DNA of 64,000 bases from Octopus vulgaris (GCA_951406725.2 OX597826.1:6324001-6388000), one strand, 5' to 3'. Shown: positions 1 through 13,261, counted from the stretch's first letter. Numbers and translations: made by a program. Notes: generated by a model not told the origin, from the sequence alone.

Positions 1-164
1 GACAAATGAGCTTTGGAAGAGGGGCCTTCAAAAACCACCAGATACATGGAAGAGCATTCTAGAAAATGAAGGAATATACATTTTAGACTAAAAAAGAATT
101 TGTTTATCTTAATTTTGAAAAGTGGAAGGAGTATTAAACCAAAACGCATTATTTGCGGGATGAC

Positions 165-208
<44 letters not shown>

Positions 209-597
209 ATGGGTTAGTTGTCCAAAACCTGCTAGAATCAAATTTTAAAATCTTCTCAGATATTATATTTGAAGTAATCTTAGGTTATGCCCGGCCAGTA
301 AGTTAACATTCGTTTCGTAACTATAAAGGCATTACCCAATGATAGGTGAACTCTCAGACGCGCTGGCCGGAGGCACATAACCTCTCTAATAAAGGCACAC
401 AGACACACACACTCACACACAGACACATATCCATACTCACACATAAGCATACACACACATAAACACAGGCAGGCAACTTAGTAATATCCTCCCTTTAGAT
501 GCATAAATGTATTTCGTCTATATTGTTAAAGTTTCGAAATAACAACCACAGTCGGACGCAGACACACAAGATACACATATATATCTATACACGTCTA

Positions 598-602
<5 letters not shown>

Positions 603-638
<36 letters not shown>

Positions 639-647
639 ATATATCTG

Positions 648-706
<59 letters not shown>

Positions 707-743
707 ATATATATATATCAATGTATCTGTATCTATCTATCTA

Positions 744-793
<50 letters not shown>

Positions 794-806
794 TACATGC
801 ATACAT

Positions 807-854
<48 letters not shown>

Positions 855-855
855 T
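603..855. repeat. Compound microsatellite (TA)n/(TATC)n/(CA)n
   Basis: Tandem repeats read directly; they account for ORF 499..861. Dozens of similar TA/CA/GA tracts elsewhere in the window are not listed individually. Confidence 0.95.
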
Positions 856-1510
856 CAGTAGTGCATTGATTCTTCTCCTTACTCTCTGACAGTCTATACA
901 TTTATTTATTTGAAATTATAAACAAAGATTGAACGATCATAAGAAATTTCTCGTAGAAAGTTCATGAATAACCGATTCTGCATGCGTCCACTTATGTATG
1001 AATATTAATTTAAGACCACAAAACTGACTAAGACATTTATTCAATACAAATTGAATTTTACAATAATGAATGGCTCATATAAAACCCGAAATTCATGGGG
1101 AAAATTGTGTAAGCTCTTTAGAAGTCGGCCTATAAAATAATTGCTTATCATAATTAAGTAGATATAGAACAGAAAACATCGGCAATCGTAAGGACTAGTA
1201 CAATATTAAAGCGATCGATATTGTCTATGAAGCTTGTTATTGTCTAACTCATTAATATGATGATCAGCAAAAGTAAGCGAGATAGATAGAGACGAAAACT
1301 ATTGGAAAAAGTGGCAGGAAACATGGCGTCAATGATATATATGTAATCGAACAATTTGCAGAGCTTATATATTGCAAGATATATTTAGGTTCGTACGTCA
1401 ATGTATGCTTATCTAACTATGAGTATCTTAATCTGTGGTGCAGATATACATACGTACATACATACACAGACAGACACATACAAACACACACACTCAGGCA
1501 AATGTATATA

Positions 1511-1541
<31 letters not shown>

Positions 1542-1574
1542 GAATATACATAAATATGTTTGTGTGTCTATATA

Positions 1575-1618
<44 letters not shown>

Positions 1619-1625
1619 CACACAT

Positions 1626-1664
<39 letters not shown>

Positions 1665-2014
1665 CATACATATACATACATATACATACATATATATATA
1701 TGTATATGTATATATATATATGTTTACGTGTCACTATTTTTATGTACGTATAAGTATATGTACACATGCATACACACAGCTATATGTATTTTTACGTGTG
1801 TGTGTGTCTTTGTCCAACTACTATCAGACTACTTGACAAACGATGTTGTTGTGTTTACGCCCCCGTAACTTAGCATTTCTTAATGCAATATGTAATGAAA
1901 TATTTTGCAAACCTCATATATTTTAGGAAATATTTTGGTCGTACGTATATGTATGTTTATATCTAACTCTGCGTATCGGTACTGCAAAGATACAAACTTA
2001 CGAACATACATACA

Positions 2015-2056
<42 letters not shown>

Positions 2057-2310
2057 GCGAGAAAGAAGCAACAAGAATGGATAGGTTTTTAGTACAATCG
2101 TTTCATACAAGGACAGGCTTTATTAAAAGTTGCAAGCCTGTCCTTGTATGAAACGATTGTACTAAAAACCTATCCATTCTTGTTGCTTCTTTCTCGCTTA
2201 TAATCACCCCACATTATTGTATTGTTAAAACAGTATAGTTTTTTTGGTGCATCTAAGTTAGGTACCATATTCAAGTAAATTCATTTAAATTAACTTGAAT
2301 CTTTATTGCT
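2057..2310 (+). mobile_element. Penelope-like pLTR fragment with 5' fold-back (perfect 64-bp inverted repeat)
   Basis: Arms 2057-2120 and 2134-2197 are exact reverse complements around a 13-nt spacer. 2146-2310 is homologous to the minus strand of 34655-34805 (GAAACGATyGTA, CTTGTTGCTT, TTATAATCACCCCAC, GGTGCATCTAA, GTACCAT, TTGAATCT). Lies between (TA)n tracts. Confidence 0.7.
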
Positions 2311-2313
2311 TTT

Positions 2314-2372
<59 letters not shown>

Positions 2373-2874
2373 GATAGCGGTACAACAACGCACCAATATT
2401 TACTGGAAATTGCAGACGATAATATACGACGCTATAGTAAAAGCTTCACTGTATATATATTCTGGCAAAGACGTTGGCGGGTGGCGGACATAAAGAAATT
2501 CATCTTGCCTGTAGGAAAACATTAAATAAATGGGTAACCCCATGTGGATAATATAGGATCTAGATTTCGAACTTTCCAAATTACGTTTGTTAACGTAAAT
2601 TTGATTAGCTCTGTTCGGTTACATTCATTTTGACAAAGTTTCAAATGTCGCTACACGAATGCCAGTATTACACGTCTTAACGCCTAGTCGTTAACAGACC
2701 GAGAACAGTGAAAATGTTTTCACAGCAAAACATATTAAATAGTGCAATGTATTAGTATTGCTTCCCTGTAAAACAAAACACCATTATGTTAAAGTATAAA
2801 TATAGGATATTGGTACAACAATTCACTACATTACATAGTTTTTATATATTTTTTCATATATTCTATATTGTGTT

Positions 2875-2906
2875 TGTCGAGCGGTTTCGCTTTGCTAATC
2901 ATGACA
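2875..2906 (-). ncRNA. Minimal type-I hammerhead ribozyme motif, A3:U8 core variant
   Basis: Minus strand reads TGTC-ATGATTA-GC aaa GC-GAAA-CCGC-TC-GACA: stem I TGTC/GACA, core AUGAUUA, 2-bp stem II, GAAA, UC cleavage site. A second copy is at 11678-11710. Confidence 0.6.
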
Positions 2907-3066
2907 TTGAAATGTTTGTAATTTTATATTTTCTTAAGAAAATTTTAGTCCATGGTGTATGAATATATGATTTATGATTATGAATAAATGATTTAACAAG
3001 TACAAAAATGTAAGGGTAGGTAATTGGTAATATTTACTCTTGAAAACAAGGGAAGTAATTGTTTAA

Positions 3067-3430
3067 AAACATTGCCCAAACGAGCTCAACAGTAGTTTCA
3101 GAACTCATCCAAGGCTCAGATCACAGGCCATACGTTCCCTACCAGTTCAGGATCACAACATATAAATATAATGCAGCACTATTTCTTTTCCTCAACTGAC
3201 TCTTCTGTTTAACAGGGTCCCGAAATAGATCAAAGAAGCAAAGGATCCCATCACATTTAAACAGAATCTGGTCAAATTTCGTCAAGGAAAACCAGATAAC
3301 CCACCTATACCTGAATACAACTCATTCAACAAGAACTGTCTACTCGAACAGAACATGATACCACAAGACTTGATTTAAAAAGGAGGTAGCTAATCCTATG
3401 AGGTCGTGCTCTTAAATTAAACAGTGCCTG
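3067..3430 (+). mobile_element. Degenerate 3' end of a CR1/L2-group LINE ORF2
   Basis: Manual translation across frameshifts gives KHCPNELNSSFRTHPRLRSQAI...LFNRVPK*IKEAKDPITFKQNLVKFRQGKPDNPPIPEYNSFNKNCLLE. This matches the LFN.LP..I......FK..LD.FL...PD.P..PGY C-terminal signature of invertebrate CR1-like elements. Confidence 0.7.
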
Positions 3431-3469
3431 ACCCAATCTATGATCGAACATATATAAGTTATATGTGTT

Positions 3470-3510
<41 letters not shown>

Positions 3511-3516
<6 letters not shown>

Positions 3517-3880
3517 GGGTATCTAAGAGATATCCCCATGCTAGAGGTAGCAGCCAAAATTTGATTCTAAAACGACATCAAATGTTCATACAGTAGAAGG
3601 AGAGAAGACAAAGAGACAAAATAAACTAGCCAAAGATAAAATATTGGATTATTGAATATTTGTTAATTTATTTTGCCTGTTTGTCTTGTGTCCTGGAGCT
3701 GTATGAACATATAATGTGGTTTTAGAGTCAAGATTTGGCTGCCATATCTAGCATGGTGGTATCACGTATATAGCGTTAATTATAATTTAATAATAATTAT
3801 TACCTATGAGGCTTTTATTCCCATGCAGGCCACCTGATATGATCGGTGTTTTAAATAACGATCTTATCCTTATTATATAA
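3511..3880. mobile_element. Old fold-back repeat (diverged inverted arms of about 125 bp), MITE or Penelope pLTR-derived
   Basis: 3511-3637 aligns without gaps to the reverse complement of ~3655-3781 at roughly 75-80% identity (AATTAA..CCATGCTAGA..GCAGCCAAA..TCTAAAAC..ATGTTCATACAG..CAAAATAAA). Non-repetitive sequence continues to ~3880. Flanked by (TA)n. Confidence 0.65.
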
Positions 3881-3891
3881 ATTTATATAGG

Positions 3892-3937
<46 letters not shown>

Positions 3938-4363
3938 TGTGTGTGTTTGTTTGTGTGTATGTCTGTGCCTGTCTGTGTGTATGTGTGTGTATCAAATCCA
4001 TGTCCATGTGCTTGCAAATCAAGGATTTTCAACAGCGCACTACTACGTGATAAGATTTAGCGGAGAAATTCCATTTCCCTTAAGGAAAAAGTTTGCATTT
4101 TTAGTACAAACTGTCCTGAAAATCGTGTATAACATATCTTGTAATCATGAAAAACCACAACAAACCTTGTAAAACACACAAACGAAACCTCTTTCAGCCA
4201 CTCTTTATTTCTTTTTTGTTTTCTTTCTTTATTTCTGTATTTATTTATTTATTTATTTATTTATCTCCATAGTCCCTATCTCTGTCCCCTCCCTCCCACA
4301 CATACACTCAAAGGTTGAAGCACATAATCTCTCTCTCTCTCACACACACACACACATACACAC

Positions 4364-4408
<45 letters not shown>

Positions 4409-4430
4409 TAAGATATAAAGGTTTTATGTC

Positions 4431-4486
<56 letters not shown>

Positions 4487-4563
4487 TGTGTGTGTGAGAG
4501 AGAGAGATAGATAAATAGATACAGATATAGATATATGTGTGTGTATATATATAATTATATATA

Positions 4564-4601
<38 letters not shown>

Positions 4602-6263
4602 TAGATATTGATATAGATAGATAGATATATGTTATAAACGTGCATACTATACACATTTGTTTACACTATGTCTTTGATTCTACAGGTTTGTATACATTTC
4701 TGTACAACGATGTATGTTACTGGCATTTCTCATATGCGAAACAAAATACGCAATATTTATTTTTCTCTTTGGAAGGTGCTCTTCATGACAGCTGCAATAA
4801 CACAACCTCAGTTTAATAGCAGTTCGTTTTTCACCATTGTTCTACAACGTTAAGATTTGAAAATCTAGAGCGTAAAATTTGGTTTTGTTCCATCTGAGTT
4901 CATATAATAAATGTTAGTGATATGTTGACGACAATAAATTCCATAATAGATAAGATTTGAAGTAAGAGACTAAATAAAATATTTTCTATTGTAAATAGCA
5001 ATTAATTAACAGAAATATTCTATTCATCTAAGTTCTCTGTTGGATTTATCAACGAATCAAAAGCAGTAAATATTTGGCATCTCTATTATCTTAAAGTAAT
5101 AATGATTTGTTAAATACAACAATATGGAATTGAACAGTAATAATTCAAATCTGGAAGAATGAACTGTCATAGAGATAATATCATTTTTTTTTATTGCAAA
5201 TCATAATTCTTTCAAAATATTTAGATTAAGATATTCTGATATAATAGGGGAATTATAACACACTTGCAGAAATAGAGGAAGAACATATTCATTGACTTGA
5301 GGCAAAATTTTTAATCCATCATTTGCGTAATCAAATTCTAGTATTTCAGTCATTATTATTATTCCATCGAATAATCATTTTATGATAAACCACCAATTTC
5401 ACAGATTTATATCGTTATTTATAAAAGGTGATATAAGACCACACATTTCTTCAGGGTTTTCTAATTTAAATTAATCTGATCGAATATGTAGCATCTTATA
5501 TCTAGTGCAGCCATGCTTTGAAATTTTCCAGCTGTGATCAAAACATCACTGTTCGCAGATATAATATCTACATCATTTAACGCGTGTTTCCTTATGAAGT
5601 AATCGGGTAATATTTGCTAGTAGTGGTTGGTGGTTATTATGTAGACATTTGAGCGTCGGATCAAAGTTGACCGTAGAAAATATATGCATCGAAGTGTGAA
5701 ATGAGATCCGAAACTAAAAGGCTTGATCTTTACATTTGTCGTGTATGTGTGTGGGTATTTGTCTCTTTCTGTGTGCACGTTTGTTTGTATGTGTATCTGT
5801 GTGTATGCGCTTGCGTGTGTGTGTGTGTGTTTTGAGATATTCTTACTGGCACTAACTTTGGTGAAAAATTACTTGTAAGAGAAAAATAGACAAAGGAATC
5901 ATCATTGTTCTTGCGGCATATTGAACGCTTCTACGTAATTATCTCATGCAACTGGTCGATGCTTTTCTCTGACTTATTTAAGACATTTTGAATTAAAATG
6001 AAGCTTCTTGATATTCCCTGAACAGAAACAGTTTATTGAATTATAAACCGATTTAATGTTTTCATATGCCATGCCCATGATATAACAACGATATATGCAG
6101 GCTACATAACTGTGAATATTATAAGTAATATTACAAATTGCAAAGATTATCTAACATCAACTTTGTAGGCTCAGCGAATAAATATTAGAGTTATTATAAT
6201 GCCTATGTTAAGGTTATTTTATCAAAATTATTTTGTTTGGATATAGTGTTGTGTTTCAATATT

Positions 6264-6680
6264 CTTTTCTACTCTAGGCATGAGGCCCGAAATTTTGGGG
6301 AGGGGGCAAGTCGATTAGATCGATCCAATAGGTAACTGGTACTTAATTTACCGACCTCGAAAGGATGAAAGGCAAAGTTGACCTCGGCAGAATTTGAACT
6401 AGAACGTAAAAACAGACGAGATACTTATTTCTTTACTACCCACAAGGGGCTAAACACAGAGAGGACAAACAAGGACAGACAAACGGACTAAGTCGATTAT
6501 ATCGACCCCAGTGCGTAACTGGTACTTAATTTATCGACCCCGAAAGGATGAAAGGCAAAGTCGACGTGACTTTGCCTTTCATCCTCTGTCGGCAAAATTT
6601 GAACTCAGAACGTAAAAACAGACGAAATACTGTTAAGCATTTCGCCCGGCATGCTAACATTACTGTCAGCTCGCCACCTT
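6264..6680 (-). mobile_element. tRNA-derived SINE (family B) with duplicated core and 17-bp TSD
   Basis: Minus strand starts AAGGTGGCGAGCTGACAG, has B-box-like GAGTTCAAATT, and carries the core TTTGCCTTTCATCCTTTCG..AAGTACCAG twice. TSD TGTTGTGTTTCAATATT at 6247-6263 and 6681-6697. Confidence 0.9.
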
Positions 6681-6707
6681 TGTTGTGTTTCAATATTAAT
6701 ACACACA

Positions 6708-7155
6708 AGGCCGTTGAGCTTGCATAATCTTTACTGCACGGGAAAAATGCCTATCGGAGTTATGCCCGTCTTTAGGTTCTGAGTTCAAATTCTGCCGAGA
6801 TCTACTTTGCCTTTTAATTTTCGGGGTAGATAAGATGAGTACCAGTTGATCAGTGGGGTTGATGTAATCGAGTTATCCCTTAGCCCGTAAAGGTTAGTCC
6901 TGTGCCAAAATATAAACCAATATTAAAAAATCAATCAAGGATGGCGAGCTGACAGAATCCCTACAGTGACGGTATAAATGCTTAGCTGCCTTTCTTCCGA
7001 ATTTACGTTCTGTGCTGAAATATTGCCGGGTCGAATTTCCTTTTCATGCTTTTCGGGTCACCAAAATACGTACCACTTCAGCACTGGTGTTGATATAATC
7101 AACTTACCAATCACCCGAAATTGCTGGCCTTATGCCAAAGTTTGAAACAAATATA
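6708..7155 (+). mobile_element. Two tandem diverged SINE family B copies (~6708-6920 and ~6938-7155)
   Basis: Each has the head AGG..G.GAGCT, GTTCTG(A/T)G and the G.TACCA...CA.TGG.GTTGAT.TAATC body, and ends in GCCAAA..T..AA.CAA. Confidence 0.8.
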
Positions 7156-8243
7156 AATACAAGGAACTATTTTCCCTTACAGATGGTGTCACAATTTTAT
7201 TATTGTTTCATGGGAAATGCGTATCTAACATGTCTAAAGATTTCGTAACACATTCTTTAATAGGGGAAAACTAATTATGCATTATCCTTTCTTAATATGT
7301 GTTTATAGCGGATTCGTGTAATCAGCGATATTTTATCTACAGATATGAAGTAGTCATATAACTTAATATTATTCAGCTAACCCAATGATATCCTTCTGTT
7401 ATTAATCAGGTTTATTTAAAGTATCATAATTCTTCATCCGAACACACCGAAACACTACTTCAGTCTACATATACATCTGGAACCTCAAATGTCATATTCC
7501 AAATCCGGTTATTATGTGAAGGGTTCTTGTGCGATAAGGACCAATTTATTAACGCGGTAAAATTTCCGGGATATTGTCGACGTAGTAGTCTGCTACGTTG
7601 AACAACTTAACAATATTGAAAATTACTGAAATTCAAATGATAATTGATAAACTATATCTATGGGCAATGATTATAAACGGATGAAGTCCAAATTATCATA
7701 CACCTTCGTGCTTTATATTCTTACACACTAGAATGTAACATATAAATTTAATCTATTACCTTTTAGAATTACTCAATAATATGTATTATTATAATGTTTC
7801 AACATTTTACTTCTCTTTATGCCTTCTTATTTATCCACCATTCTTATATTTCGTATTTGAAATGCTATTTCTTTATTGATATTTGCTCGTACCTATTTCC
7901 AATTCCTAAACAAACAAATAAATTATCCATAACTAGTAATGTTTATATGCATTGGTTTGCTCTGCTTAGAATATATCTCGACCACAATGCGCTATTGATA
8001 ATTTTTTTCAATGGTTCTCAAAATTTTCGTAAAAATATTTAGTTGTGTCGTCTTTTCAGTATTCGGCTGATCGTTATAAAGACATACAAAGCTGGGATTG
8101 AATTGTGATATTTATCCAACTATACTTACAGACTCACTCAACGTACACATATCCACGTACGTATACATACAATTATATTCATATACACATATGTTTATAA
8201 ATATATACACACACACACTCATATACATGTGTGTACATACATA

Positions 8244-8297
<54 letters not shown>

Positions 8298-9685
8298 TAT
8301 GTATGTATATATATATATATGAAGTAGAGAGAGAGTGAGAGGATGAGATAAAAATATATTACCCTGTCACTTTATTTCGTTTGATCTCACATGTATAATT
8401 ATAAATATGTTCGAGAGCACTATATAATCATATAACTATTTCCAAAGCATAACACAATTGATCATAAGTATTCAGCAATGTTAGTGAATCGAAAATGATT
8501 GATATAAAGTGATATTACCATAAGTGATTGAACATCATCCTGCAAATAACAATAGTTTCATTCTTTGATATATAACTAAAGTCTATCATTCCAAATACAG
8601 CTTACACTAGTTATCTTAATATACCATAGCTTTGACTAATGCCATCCATAGATAAATTGGCTACATCTCTAATTGTATAGTTATTTGTTGTCTGAGTTTT
8701 TGTTTATTCTTGTGTTCGTGTTCGTTAATGCATGTTCCTATATATATGTATTCGTTTAATGTATGGTTTCGTTCGACATTACACTGTGATAATATAATAA
8801 TGCTGCCGTAATTCTGTACATCGTAATTTCATTATATTCTCTTTAAAAATGTTGATTTATAACGAACTATCATTACAGGCCACAAGGGACTTAGGAAATT
8901 GGAGGAATATTGGGTGGGGGAATATAACACTTTTACTGCAATTCCTTGCGATATCAGACAAGAATGGTACTATCATCAATAGCAGCAAAAACAAAAACAA
9001 ATACATCATCAAATAAGTAAGGCCAAATTAAAACATGTTCTCCATAATGTTTCTACAATTAAAAAACATGAAAGTGTAAAGGGAGAATATTGATAATTTT
9101 TATTGCTTTGGATCTTCGATGTTTGCTGTCTCATATTTATTCCTTCGCATTTTTTTTCTTTCTATTATACTCATGTCATTCCTTTCTTTTAATATAGAAG
9201 CGTTTTGTGATAGCCTGTGTATTTTGTCTTTGATTCAATTTTATCGTACTGCATATTCTCATTTACATTATCAATTTTTATATAAACGCTTGGCGAAAAA
9301 AAAATATGTATATATAATTTTATATGTGCATTAAGTTAAGTATATTTGATGTCGATTTTTAAAATGTTTTCAAACTTTCCTCAACTATAACTAGTTTTCA
9401 AAGTTTTGTCAACAAATACAACAAACAACAAAAAGAATTAATAAAAATGATAATAATAACAACAACAACAACAATAACAACAATGATACTCTACATATGA
9501 TATTAACTGAAGAATCTTCATGAAAAAGTATTCAAATTATGAAAGAGTAAATATGCATATATTTATTTTTGCACCATCATTTTACTTCAAGCTCGTAAAA
9601 ATTTAATGAGAAACCAGCTGTTACGAATTCATAATGCTGTCGTTAAAATTCGACTGACTCGTTTAAATAAGTTGAAGGAAGGACT

Positions 9686-9695
9686 ATTATTATTA

Positions 9696-9730
<35 letters not shown>

Positions 9731-9751
9731 GTTATTATCGTTATTATTATA

Positions 9752-9789
<38 letters not shown>

Positions 9790-9815
9790 CATTATTATTA
9801 TTATTATTATTATTA

Positions 9816-9882
<67 letters not shown>

Positions 9883-9984
9883 CATCATCATCAATATTAT
9901 CTTTTATTACTGCTGTTATTATTGTTGTTCTTATTATTGTCATTATTATTATTGTTGTTGTTGTCGTTATTATTATTATTATCA

Positions 9985-10072
<88 letters not shown>

Positions 10073-10155
10073 CATCATCATCAATATTATCTTTTATTAC
10101 TGCTGTTATTATTGTTGTTCTTATTATTGTCATTATTATTATTGTTGTTGTTGTC

Positions 10156-10218
<63 letters not shown>
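9686..10218. repeat. (TTA)n microsatellite with a 190-bp-period internal duplication
   Basis: Direct reading. The interrupted block ATCATCATCATCAATATTATCTTTTATTACTGCTG...GTCGTT recurs at 9881 and 10071. Confidence 0.95.
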
Positions 10219-10221
<3 letters not shown>

Positions 10222-10773
10222 GTATTTACTTTAAAACCCTTTGATGTCTTATTAATAGTATGGGTTAGCTACTCTTTCACCTCACTTTGAATATGTAATT
10301 AGAATTGATGTTTTAAAATTATATACATTAATAAATTCTGTCAAAATTGAACGTCAGAGATATCTTATCGATTGATTTCAAATATTTTGTTAGTTTTGTG
10401 TGATCGGAACTTAAGTGTGTGTTTTACACAGATAGATACAGCAAGGTGATACAATTATTGTAGATCTTTATCTATGTTACATTGGTTTTTCTTAGTCATA
10501 TTTCAAAAATTTATAAGTGTGGAGATTTTTATTTTTTCTCTGTACTGATAACTATTCATACTTTACGAATAACGTTATGTTATTTTTTTAAATATATATA
10601 TACATACAATGTCACTTACCAATAATATATAAATTTAATCGCGTTGCTTTGCGTATGTAAACGCACAAAATCCTACGTACATACCAATATAGATATAAAT
10701 TCTCACACAAATATATACTTCCATATATCTACCTGTGTATGAATAATTATATATATATATATTTATATATATA

Positions 10774-10853
<80 letters not shown>

Positions 10854-11388
10854 TTATGAGTGCCCCCTTTGGATTATCACTAAAACTCCGGTTTGAACTG
10901 CAACTCAAAGTGTCATGTTTTGACTGAGTGACACAAGCGGCCATTGGTGGTTTTTGCATTTTCATTTTTACTTTACTATTTAGTTATGCAAATGCTAATA
11001 TGCATAACCAACTACGAAAGCTTAGATTCAACCTACCTCTATTTTTCATCTACCTCACAATAGATTTAATAAAATTTAAACCTAAATAAATTGTAAGACT
11101 TTCGAATCATTGAATATTTTCTTTTCCGGTTTCTCCCTCTATCTGTCGCTCTATTCTCCTCTCTGTGTATCTCTCTGCTTTATTCGTTCTGGTGATGTCT
11201 ACCCTTTGTAACGAGGTAAATACATAGTTACTTCAATATGATACACAGAAACAGCTGTAAACTCACTCTTACTCTCAACCTGATTAGCTAATTACATAAT
11301 GGTTTTGTAGCACCACACTTCTCATTCTTGTTTTTCCTCCATTTTCTTATCGTCTATATATACATTAAACTACAGTTTACCTTTTTAA

Positions 11389-11428
11389 TTACCTGCTGCC
11401 GTATACTTTATACGAAATACCATAGTAA
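11389..11428 (+). ncRNA. Degenerate minimal hammerhead-like motif
   Basis: TTAC-CTGCTGC-C-GTAT acttt ATAC-GAAA-TACCA-TA-GTAA. Stems I, II and III are all present, but the core has two A>C changes relative to CUGAUGA. Confidence 0.4.
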
Positions 11429-11492
11429 CTGAGGTAATTACCAGGAGTGCCTTTGGATACACCTATCCTTTAGAAGGTTTAAATCTCTCTAA

Positions 11493-11535
<43 letters not shown>

Positions 11536-11677
11536 GAGCATATATATAGTAACAGAAAAGCAGGAATTTTAATTAACTCCAAGTTGTTAGTTGTAATATA
11601 GATACGAAATTAAAGAAGGAAACTGCACACACTTTATATCGTTTTAATATAATTTTAAAGATATATTATATTGTGTT

Positions 11678-11710
11678 TGTCGACCGATTTCGCTTTCGGT
11701 AATCATGACA
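11678..11710 (-). ncRNA. Minimal type-I hammerhead motif, A3:U8 variant (copy 2)
   Basis: Minus strand reads TGTC-ATGATTA-CCGAAAGC-GAAA-TCGG-TC-GACA. It shares the flank TATATTGTGTTTGTC with 2864-2878. The two copies imply a palindromic helix III consensus ACCGGT. Confidence 0.55.
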
Positions 11711-11729
11711 TCAAACTTTATTTAAATAC

Positions 11730-11805
<76 letters not shown>

Positions 11806-11942
11806 GCACGTATATATACACATTTATATATTCAGCATGCATAAGGTATTTGAGGATACACCCTATTGGGGTCATTGCTGCATTTTGTGCTAACTCTCTA
11901 TAATATTTGTGTGTTTGTGTGGGAGGTGTTTGTGGATGTATG

Positions 11943-11976
<34 letters not shown>

Positions 11977-11990
11977 GGTGTATGTATATG

Positions 11991-12106
11991 CCACACCAAC
12001 TCACAAGTCTTTGGTTGGGAGGAGTGTATAGTAGAAGATTTGCCCAAGGTGCCACGCACTGGGACTGAACCCGAAACTATATGTTCGGAAGCAAACATCT
12101 TACCAC
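11991..12106 (-). mobile_element. SINE family A 5' fragment (diverged)
   Basis: TTGCCCAAGGTGCCACGCACTGGGACTGAACCCG matches the reverse complement of the family A head at 20380-20412. Confidence 0.8.
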
Positions 12107-12514
12107 TTTGTCGTCAGTAGCCTCACTGCCAGCAGCACACATTATATAGACGCTGATAAACTACGTGTGTAACACCAAATGAAGTAGTCGTCAGTATCAT
12201 TGGAAGAAATTGCTATCGAGAAACACGAAGTTCTTTGTGTAAGTATACTGTTCTTGTGTCATTATATTTGTAGATGCTTGCGGCTGTATACAATCCGCAT
12301 ATATGTAAATGTCTTTGCGTGCATGTATTTTAAAAACGATTGCTTTCAGGTGCTCTTTATCATTTCTGTTTGCCTATTTCATACACAGACTATTTCATTG
12401 ATGGGTGAAGGTCTGTTTGTCTGTCTGTTTGTCTGTATGTGTGTATGTATGTGTGTATGTATGTTTGTATGTGTATGTGTGTCCTTATAGATTTGTGTTT
12501 ACATATATAAGCAA

Positions 12515-12571
<57 letters not shown>

Positions 12572-12615
12572 GACAGGCAGACAACTAAACAGACAAACAA
12601 ATAGCTAGATCAATT

Positions 12616-12692
<77 letters not shown>

Positions 12693-12741
12693 GCAGATAG
12701 TTAGATAGATAGGCAGATAGATAGATAGAGAGAGAGAGAGA
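12616..12741. repeat. (GATA)n/(GA)n microsatellite
   Basis: Direct reading. Confidence 0.95.
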
Positions 12742-13261
12742 GGGAGGTTTAAAATTGTTTACTTTCGAGCGTAGTATTGCCGGTATGGTGGTTGTTTTTA
12801 CTGCCAATATATGTGAAACCGCCAAAATTTTGCTTTGATTGATGTCATTAGACAGGGACAGTAGGCTATATGTCTCAGTTTAATTACACTCCATCAGCTA
12901 TAGACAACCTTTCGTTGTTCATACCATACCAAGAACGGTGCTCTGATAAGTAAACAGGAACTAACAAATTTGTTGGCCAGTGGTAAGTTTTGTAAATCGG
13001 GCATTAATTAATTTATGGAGCTACTAATTTGTGATGATTAAAATAAAGCTATTTGCATTTATATTTAAGTCGTTTGTGTATACATAAACGTGCATAGGCA
13101 GCCGTTTGTTACTACGTCTATCTCGGAAGTAAAATTCTCTTAATAGACCGAGTATGTGAAGATATACCAAACAGCGCTATGAATGGCGTCAATGGTTTCA
13201 AATACATATTGGTTTACTATGATTTCCTGAAATATCTTAGAGACAATACGTACCCAGTATG

